Positions 57,250 to 64,000 of a DNA stretch of 64,000 nucleotides are shown piece by piece. The stretch's first letter is position 1, and every line of letters begins with the position of its first letter. The DNA lies in the IMG/VR virus record IMGVR_UViG_3300034682_000176, positions 124,001 to 188,000 of that record; one strand, given 5' to 3'. Position numbers and translations under genes: made by a program. The notes under the pieces are model-generated. The model was not told where the DNA came from and did no database searches. It was given only the letters and a program-made list of their open reading frames with translations.

Positions 57250-60200
57250 ATGAATCCCGCAGAACTTATCCAGCAATTTCAGAACATCACGACAGGTGCC
57301 CTCAAGCAAAATGAGAATACCGGAGTGGTCAAGTTTCTGCGCGCAACGGTCAAGACTCTGGAGGGTGTGACCAAGAAGATCGATGGGTTCTTGAAGAGTA
57401 AGAACATCGATGTCTCGGAACGCTTGAAACAGTTGTCGGAATCGACCACTGGGGCGGCCGATAAAGCGCGCGGTGTCTTGGGCAGTTACAAGGACGAGAT
57501 CAAAAACAAGGGCTTTCGTGGTTTCCTCAAGTCCAAAGCAAATGACGTGCAGTCCATGTTGACTGAGAAGTTTGCTTCGGACACAGAAACCAGTGGAGCA
57601 CCCCCTGACGATCAAAACCCCTCCATCATTGCCAAACTCCAGGATTCGATCAACACCCTCACTGACTCGATCGAAAACCTTGCCAAGAAGTCCTTGCCTG
57701 CCGGTTTTGCTGGTGGTGCAGAAGACGTTGGTGTCACCACTTCCCGCAGCTCCAACTCCAGCGATTACGCCGATGCTTTGCGCAAAGCCAAAGAACGTGC
57801 CGAAACCCGCAAGAAAGAGATCGAGCAAGAGAAAGAAGCCGTCCGCAACAAGAACAAACCAGGAGGTGCCAAACAACCCAGTTGGCTCTCTAAGATCTTG
57901 GGTGCTGTGGGGCGTATTGGTCCTTTCATTGTCGGTGGTCTGGGTCGCGTAATTACCGCCGCTATTCCTGCCTTGGTAGGATTGACCGGAAAGATGATGG
58001 GTGGTATCCTGACCCGACTGACCCCTAAGTTGGCAGGATTGATCGCACGAGGTACCAGCAAACTGGTGACTGGTGGTGCCAAGATGGCCGGACGTGGTCT
58101 GTGGGGTGCTGCCAAGTTCGCTGCGACCCGTGCTGCACCCGCTTTGCTGGCTGGAGCCAAAGCCTTGGGTGGTGCCTTGGTGACTACTGTTGGTACAGCG
58201 GGTCTGGCCATCGGTGGTGCTGTGGTCGGTGCAGGTCTGCTCATCTACGGTGGCTACAAGCTCTACAAGTACCTCAACCGCAACAACGTTGCCAACGATA
58301 TCTTCGGACAGCTGACCCGTCTGCGTCTGTTGATGTACGGTTTCAATGACACCAAGAAAGAGCACTACTACCGGCTGATGGAGCTGGAGATGATGATGAA
58401 AGACTACGTCCAGGTCAAAGACGGACGGGTCTCGATGGTCAAGCTCGACACCAAACTCAAAGACAAGGTCAAGGACTTGTTCGAGGTCAAAGCGGACGAA
58501 AAGGAAAAGTACGCCATCTTGAACACGTGGTTTGCACGCCGATTTATGCCCGCTTTCAAGGCGTTCATGGATGCGTTCATGCCGCTGGGTCCGAACCTGT
58601 ACCTGGACAAGATCGACAAGCTGACAAACGACCAAGTGTTGACGTTGGCTTCCAAGTTGATCGCTCCCACTACCATCTACGACATCAAGCAAGTGCCGAC
58701 GTTTGACGATCCGAAAACCACGGTGGTCAAGCAAGAAGTCGACGACATGCTGGCGGCTATCCGCAACAAGGCCAAAACTGGCTCGACCCAACTCAACGGC
58801 CAAGATCCACAAAAGGTCAAGGAAAACGTAGACAAACAAACTGGCGCTGCTTCGACGATTGCAACTGCCAAGGCCAACCAAATCACCCAAGCAGGTATTC
58901 CTAAGGGTGGTGCGGGTGAATCTACCCCCCAAGCTTCGATGAACCGTTTTGCCCCAGGCGGTGCTAAATCCCTGGCCAAGATGGAAACCCCGAACCAAGA
59001 AGGTGAAGTCCCTGTGCGAGACACACCGGGTCGCCCACCAGTGCCTATCCCTTCTGGAGCACCTTCAGAAGCCACCAAACTCAACGTTGCGCCGGGTAAA
59101 CTGCAACCGGGCGACAAGTCGTTGCAAGGCATCACCATTGGTCCTAAGGGGGACAGCAGCCGACTGATGGGTCTGCACCCGAAAGTCTTCTCGCTGTTTA
59201 CCGGCATGGCCAAGGAGTTCAACACCCTCACAGGCAAGAACATCACGGTCAACGAATCGTTCCGCACGTACGACGACCAGATGGCTTTGCGCCAGAAGTA
59301 CCCTGGCAAGGCTGCCAAACCCGGCAACTCGATCCACGAATTTGGCATGGCGCTGGACGTCAACAGTCCTGAGGCCAACCTGCTTGATGAAATGGGTCTG
59401 CTGCGTAAGTACGGTTTCACTCGCCCTGTGGGTGGGGAAACATGGCACTTGGAGCCAGCTGGTGTGGCTGTCAACCCTCAAGCCGCTAAGTCCAACCCCC
59501 AAGCCCGTGAGCAAGCCCTGGATTCTTCGCCAGGTCGCGGTGGTGGTGGGTATGGTGCTTCCAAGTCCACACCTCTGGGTAAACGTAACCTGGAACTGCA
59601 AGCCAAGTTGTTTAGCGAAGGCTCGGCCTCTACGGTCGATACGGCTGCTATCAGCGATGGCGTCAAAGACACTCCATCCTTCTCCGGTCCTGGTAATATC
59701 CCAGCTGCCTCGACCTCCAACACCTTTGCTGCCACCAACTCGGGTGGGCAGACATCGCCATCCTCCGGCGGTGGTTATGCGGGGTCGGTCGCTAAGACTT
59801 CGACCCAAAACTCCTTGAGTCGCTCGGGTGTCAGTGTCACAGCTGCCAACAGTCTGGATACCCCTTCGGCAAAATCTTCCAATGCAAACTTGGACCCCGG
59901 TGCTATTGGTACCAAAGATCTGTCTCCTGCCCAAGCCGTGCGTAAGGCGGCCAGCGTGGTGGGAATGGACCCTGAAGCCATGGTGACCTTTGCCAAGCTG
60001 GAATCCAGCCTGGACCCTAAAGCCGGTGCTTCGACCAGCTCCGCCAAGGGCTTGTTCCAAATCACCAAACCCACTTGGAACGGACTGCTTCCCAAGGAAG
60101 GTCCTAAGTACAACGTTCCTGAAAATGCGGACATCTTCGATCCGTACTACAACTCGGTCATTGGTATCTCGTACGCCAAGCAAAATGCCGAGTCGGTGCT

Positions 60201-60954
60201 GCCGTTGGGTCGCCAAGCTGGCTTGCCCGATGAAGTCTCTTTGTACCTGGCTCACCACTTTGGACCTTCGGGTTCTAAGCGCTTGATCCAAGCATACATG
60301 AGCAACCCCAACCAACCAACCCAAGACGCTGTCTCTAGCTCGACGTTTAGTGCCAACCAAGCAGCTTTGGCTGGCAAGACCGTGGGTCAGTACATCCAAG
60401 GCTTGATGACCAAGATGGGCAACGCTGCCAATACGCCTGAAACAGCCTACAAGGGCATGAAAGGCTATAACCAAGGTCAGAGTACCAATAGCGAGTCGAA
60501 CGCCGCTACAGACGCTTCTGCGGACGTTCAAACGTCCAGCGTGTACACCCCTTCGGCCAAGCCTGTTTCTTTGCCACCACCCGGTGCGCGGATGCAGCGC
60601 TCCGAGTTGCCGACGCCGGCACCAACGACGTCTTACCCAGTCCAACAACCTACTGCACGACCAACGATGCTGCCTCCACAGCCATCGATGACGCAGTCCA
60701 TGGACCCCACCAACGAGATCTTGACCAACCAACTGAGTGTGCTGACTGACATCAAGCGCATCTTGGAAGGCTTTGCGGGTCAGGTACCTCGCTCAGCAGC
60801 GACGCCGACGACCCCTGTTGTACCCAATGCGACACAGGGCACTCCGGCCGCTACTCCCACTGCACCTGCACAACCCCAATCGCCCATTGCGGCTCCTATG
60901 AACCGAACTCCTAGCAGTTCTTCGGTGAGCATGTCTCGCCGGCAAATGACGTAA
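57250..60954 (+). CDS. tail-associated lysin with M15-type peptidase and lytic transglycosylase domains (phiKZ gp181-like)
   Basis: S-FRT-DDQ...AAKPGNS-HEFG-ALD...E-WH (M15 Zn peptidase); LESSLDP-A----SSAKGLFQ and YLAH-FG (SLT); G/A-rich hydrophobic segment. Confidence 0.85.
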   Translation: MNPAELIQQFQNITTGALKQNENTGVVKFLRATVKTLEGVTKKIDGFLKSKNIDVSERLKQLSESTTGAADKARGVLGSYKDEIKNKGFRGFLKSKANDVQSMLTEKFASDTETSGAPPDDQNPSIIAKLQDSINTLTDSIENLAKKSLPAGFAGGAEDVGVTTSRSSNSSDYADALRKAKERAETRKKEIEQEKEAVRNKNKPGGAKQPSWLSKILGAVGRIGPFIVGGLGRVITAAIPALVGLTGKMMGGILTRLTPKLAGLIARGTSKLVTGGAKMAGRGLWGAAKFAATRAAPALLAGAKALGGALVTTVGTAGLAIGGAVVGAGLLIYGGYKLYKYLNRNNVANDIFGQLTRLRLLMYGFNDTKKEHYYRLMELEMMMKDYVQVKDGRVSMVKLDTKLKDKVKDLFEVKADEKEKYAILNTWFARRFMPAFKAFMDAFMPLGPNLYLDKIDKLTNDQVLTLASKLIAPTTIYDIKQVPTFDDPKTTVVKQEVDDMLAAIRNKAKTGSTQLNGQDPQKVKENVDKQTGAASTIATAKANQITQAGIPKGGAGESTPQASMNRFAPGGAKSLAKMETPNQEGEVPVRDTPGRPPVPIPSGAPSEATKLNVAPGKLQPGDKSLQGITIGPKGDSSRLMGLHPKVFSLFTGMAKEFNTLTGKNITVNESFRTYDDQMALRQKYPGKAAKPGNSIHEFGMALDVNSPEANLLDEMGLLRKYGFTRPVGGETWHLEPAGVAVNPQAAKSNPQAREQALDSSPGRGGGGYGASKSTPLGKRNLELQAKLFSEGSASTVDTAAISDGVKDTPSFSGPGNIPAASTSNTFAATNSGGQTSPSSGGGYAGSVAKTSTQNSLSRSGVSVTAANSLDTPSAKSSNANLDPGAIGTKDLSPAQAVRKAASVVGMDPEAMVTFAKLESSLDPKAGASTSSAKGLFQITKPTWNGLLPKEGPKYNVPENADIFDPYYNSVIGISYAKQNAESVLPLGRQAGLPDEVSLYLAHHFGPSGSKRLIQAYMSNPNQPTQDAVSSSTFSANQAALAGKTVGQYIQGLMTKMGNAANTPETAYKGMKGYNQGQSTNSESNAATDASADVQTSSVYTPSAKPVSLPPPGARMQRSELPTPAPTTSYPVQQPTARPTMLPPQPSMTQSMDPTNEILTNQLSVLTDIKRILEGFAGQVPRSAATPTTPVVPNATQGTPAATPTAPAQPQSPIAAPMNRTPSSSSVSMSRRQMT

Positions 60955-60959
60955 GTCAC

Positions 60960-61000
60960 GCACCCACCTGCCGCCAGCAATGGACGGCAGGTGGGTGTGC
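60960..61000. terminator. bidirectional terminator
   Basis: cacccacctgccg / cggcaggtgggtg between convergent genes. Confidence 0.75.
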
Positions 61001-61001
61001 T

Positions 61002-62222
61002 TTAGCTGGTGAAAGCTGTCAAGACCACGTACAGGTACAAGCCGTTGCGCACGCTTTTGAGTGTGCGATCCGACAGGGAGTCTTTGTGGTGTTTGTAGAC
61101 CGCCTTGATCAATTGCTCACCTTCGTTCTTGACACGGTGAACACTGACTTCGGTGCCTCGGGCATACAAGACGTTACCCACAATGGAGTTCATGATGTCC
61201 AGCACATTGGTCTTGCTGTGCAGGTAGACTTCATTGCGCTGCAAGTACTCCATGGCGTTGACCAAGATGTCCTTGAAATGCGCGTGAACGCGGTCGTGGG
61301 CCTTGCGGCTGGAGAACGCAAACTCAAACAGGTGGTCTAGGCATTCATGCATGTCCCGGTACGACAGGTTCGAGAGGATGTCGACCACTACGGTGATGTG
61401 GTCTTTCTTGATCATCACGGTCTTGTCCGACAGCATGGTGTCCACACGGCCGGTATAGCGCTGCACCGAATCGATGCGGTCTGCCAACTGCATGTTGCCT
61501 TCACCGTCCTTGACCGTGGCTTGCCGAGACTTGATCACTTCATCGCTTTCCAGCATTTCAGTGAACTCGCCGTAGATGTTCTTGATGGTGTCCTTGGTAC
61601 GGCCAAACAAGTCGGTGATTGCATTGGGCAGCTCATCGTCACTGTCCATCTTGCGCAACAGCGTCAAGAACTTGCTGTCCAGGTATTCGTCGCTGCGGTA
61701 CTGGCAGTATTCGTTCCAGTTCTTGAGCTTCTTGATGATGTACTTGTTGGACAAGCGCTCGGACATCGAGGTGGCTTTGTCTTCACTGATGGGGTAGATG
61801 AAGTACGTGCTACTGAGCAACACCAAGGTGCGGTAGTTGAAGTAGTTGAGCGCTTCGCGGGCATACGCCATCTGTTGCTTTTCATCCAAATCAGGATTGC
61901 TCAAAAAGCGGTGGGCGATGTAAAAGCACATCAGGTTGACGTCGTCACGGGCAATCTTGAAGTGCTTGGGGATCGAAGAGATCTTTTCGATCTCATCGCT
62001 GATGTCGTCAAACTCCAACCCAAACAGGTTGTTGTAGAAGATGTTCTTGTCGTACTGGGTGTACTTGATGAAGTAGCAACCGATGTTGCGTCCGCTGAAC
62101 AGTTGCGCGCGTTCTTCGTTACCGCTGATGTATTCAATGTTGTTTTGCGTCAAACGACGAAACAGCTTGTCGTCAAACTTCACATTGGCAAAGTACGCAT
62201 CCAACGCTTGTTTTACCTGCAT
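61002..62222 (-). CDS. conserved virion structural protein (406 aa)
   Basis: LS-KYIIKKL-NW motif; late operon. Confidence 0.65.
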   Translation of the reverse strand: MQVKQALDAYFANVKFDDKLFRRLTQNNIEYISGNEERAQLFSGRNIGCYFIKYTQYDKNIFYNNLFGLEFDDISDEIEKISSIPKHFKIARDDVNLMCFYIAHRFLSNPDLDEKQQMAYAREALNYFNYRTLVLLSSTYFIYPISEDKATSMSERLSNKYIIKKLKNWNEYCQYRSDEYLDSKFLTLLRKMDSDDELPNAITDLFGRTKDTIKNIYGEFTEMLESDEVIKSRQATVKDGEGNMQLADRIDSVQRYTGRVDTMLSDKTVMIKKDHITVVVDILSNLSYRDMHECLDHLFEFAFSSRKAHDRVHAHFKDILVNAMEYLQRNEVYLHSKTNVLDIMNSIVGNVLYARGTEVSVHRVKNEGEQLIKAVYKHHKDSLSDRTLKSVRNGLYLYVVLTAFTS

Positions 62223-62237
62223 GGTCGTTCCTTACGC

Positions 62238-62702
62238 TTATGCCAAGGTCTTTTGGACATACTTGACAAAACTGCCAACGGTGTAAAACGTCTTGATCCC
62301 TCGGTTTTGCAAGGTGGTCAAGAACCATTCTTCCTGCGCTGTCTTGAAACCATCGTTCAAGATCAACACGCACTTGGAGCTGCCCAAGCTGGCCAAGGCG
62401 TCCACTGGGCAGCGGTTGATCTCTTCGGTCGAGACCACCTTGGTAGCGCCATCTTGCTGGCCTTCTTTTTTCGCCTGCTCTTCGTCCAACACCCGTTCGG
62501 TGATGTCGATGTTGGGCATGGCTTTGTACAGGGCCTGGGCCACAATCTTGGAGATCGAGTCCGAGGCACTGATTTCGATCATCTGTGCCTTTTCTTCCGT
62601 CTTCTCAGCTTGTTGGGTAGCCGCTTGGTTGGTGTGGTCACCAGAAACTTGACCTTTGTCTTGGTCAGTGGGTTCGTACTTCTTCAATACAAAAGTCGGC
62701 AT
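62238..62702 (-). CDS. hypothetical protein
   Basis: SD ggag before ATG at 62702; late-type motif at 62728-62737. Confidence 0.7.
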   Translation of the reverse strand: MPTFVLKKYEPTDQDKGQVSGDHTNQAATQQAEKTEEKAQMIEISASDSISKIVAQALYKAMPNIDITERVLDEEQAKKEGQQDGATKVVSTEEINRCPVDALASLGSSKCVLILNDGFKTAQEEWFLTTLQNRGIKTFYTVGSFVKYVQKTLA

Positions 62703-62796
62703 ATTCGCTCTCCGCAGTCTTGGTTGATCACACGATCTTTTTCCCACTCAAATATCCTTACTATGAAGAACTAATTTCTAAGAAGAGGAACACTGT

Positions 62797-63348
62797 ATGC
62801 CGCTGTACTATACCGGGGTGGGAAGCCGTGAGACACCACCTGAGATCTTGACCGTGATGACGCGGCTGGGTGTCTACCTGGCGCAGCGTGGACTGGTGTT
62901 GCGCTCGGGTGGTGCCGATGGTGCTGATGCGGCATTTGAGGAAGGTTGCGACAAAGTCAACCGCAAACTCAAGCAGATCTTCTTGCCCTGGAACAACTTC
63001 AACAAACGCACTGACCGTGAGTCTGGGGTGATTGTCAAAGTTGACCCCCATGTGGAAAAGCAGGCAGCCAAGATTGCTGAAGAGATTCACCCTGCTTGGA
63101 ACACTGCCTTGACCCAAGGCGCCAAGAAGTTGCACACCCGCAATGTCTTCCAAGTCTTGGGTCCGACCATCAACGAGCCTTCCAACTTTTTGGTCGGTTA
63201 TGCGACTTTGGACAAGAACGGCCAGCCCAAAGGCGGCACCCGTACCGCCATCAAACTGGCAGAGAAGTTCAACGTCCGCAACTACAACCTGTTCAAGCAA
63301 GAAGACTTGGACCGCGTGTTGAAGCTGCTGGAGGATTCCGGCATTTGA
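62797..63348 (+). CDS. DprA/Smf-like (SLOG superfamily) protein
   Basis: YTGVGSRETP, LRSGGADGAD-AFE, RNVFQVLG and GGT-TA motifs. Confidence 0.8.
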   Translation: MPLYYTGVGSRETPPEILTVMTRLGVYLAQRGLVLRSGGADGADAAFEEGCDKVNRKLKQIFLPWNNFNKRTDRESGVIVKVDPHVEKQAAKIAEEIHPAWNTALTQGAKKLHTRNVFQVLGPTINEPSNFLVGYATLDKNGQPKGGTRTAIKLAEKFNVRNYNLFKQEDLDRVLKLLEDSGI

Positions 63349-63360
63349 ATTCCTGTGGAG

Positions 63361-63378
63361 CACATATATACTCCACGA
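63361..63378 (+). promoter_or_regulatory. putative early promoter motif
   Basis: cacatatata-ctcc-acga upstream of the tubulin gene. Confidence 0.65.
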
Positions 63379-63421
63379 CAACAACCGTTTGTTTTTCTGT
63401 AACCCTAAAGGAGTCTCATCC

Positions 63422-64000
63422 ATGGCCATGACTATTTACGCTTGCGGCGGCGCTGGTATCAACGTCGTCAAGCAAATCAAAGACCTGGACATCAACATCA
63501 ACTACATCGACACCTCGGCCAGCAACCTGAAGGCGGTCAAGAGCGAGAACATCTACCTGGTCGAAGACATGGACGGCGCCGGCAAGAACCGCGTGGTGGC
63601 GTACGAAAACTTCAAGGGCAATGCTGCCGATGTGTTGGTGCGCTTCAAGCCCTCGGAACAGCTGAACATCGTGATCAGCTCGCTGACCGGCGGCTCTGGT
63701 GCCATCCTGGCATCCCTGATCACCAAGGAACTGGTGGACCAAGGCCACAACACCATCGTCATCGGACTGGACTCGGACGGCTCTTTGATCGAGCTGTCCA
63801 ATTCGGTCAAGACCCTGAAGACCTACCGCGCCATCAGCAAGCAGATCAGCAAGCCGATTCCGCTGTACTACGTTAACCAAGCCACACGCTCCGACGCCGA
63901 CCGCCAAGCCCTGGGTTTCATCACCCTGATGGCGCTGGTGATCGACAAGAAGCGCACGGCTGAGTTCGACAACTCCGATCTGAACTCGTTCCTGTACTTC
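63422..64000 (+). CDS. phuZ: PhuZ phage tubulin (3'-truncated; not in the ORF track)
   Basis: SD aaggag; MAMTIYACGGAGINV, IDTS-SN, DGAGKNR and SSLTGGSG tubulin/FtsZ motifs; frame open to the window end. Confidence 0.9.
   Translation, partial: MAMTIYACGGAGINVVKQIKDLDININYIDTSASNLKAVKSENIYLVEDMDGAGKNRVVAYENFKGNAADVLVRFKPSEQLNIVISSLTGGSGAILASLITKELVDQGHNTIVIGLDSDGSLIELSNSVKTLKTYRAISKQISKPIPLYYVNQATRSDADRQALGFITLMALVIDKKRTAEFDNSDLNSFLYF

Noticed and set aside
63442-63876. 144-aa Arg/Gln-rich ORF in the track
   Set aside because: Alternative frame overlapping the real phuZ gene that starts at 63422.
1-64000. CRISPR array or DGR template/variable repeats
   Set aside because: No regularly spaced identical DNA repeats and no reverse transcriptase seen; the HTH-like repeats are similar at protein level only.

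Overview
A 64-kb segment of a nucleus-forming, phiKZ-like jumbo phage (Chimalliviridae-type). Recognisable genes: major capsid protein (11512-13665), non-virion RNAP beta-like subunit (15376-17097), portal (19777-22359), RuvC-like resolvase, i-/o-spanin pair, DHFR, class II ribonucleotide reductase, virion RNAP beta'-like catalytic subunit (GADFDGD), a tail protein with M15 peptidase and lytic transglycosylase domains, a DprA/SLOG protein and the start of PhuZ tubulin. Two candidate phage promoter classes can be read from the sequence: YACAYATATA-N4-RYGW ahead of non-structural genes and KATNNTKTGA ahead of mostly virion genes. The most unusual element is an operon at 50881-54058. It holds a 59-aa Arg-rich peptide, a roughly 210-nt multi-stem RNA-like segment and four genes built largely from tandem ~36-aa HTH-like repeats with a variable putative recognition helix. 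A fifth family member lies at 47318, giving 17 repeats in total. Also notable: a ~300-nt nested-stem ncRNA candidate (36867-37235), a free-standing GIY-YIG endonuclease flanked by a duplicated METV gene start, a Pro/Gln/Gly/Tyr-rich protein with an internal start at its domain boundary, and a 750-nt origin-like noncoding region. All family assignments come from motif recognition by eye; no searches were run.
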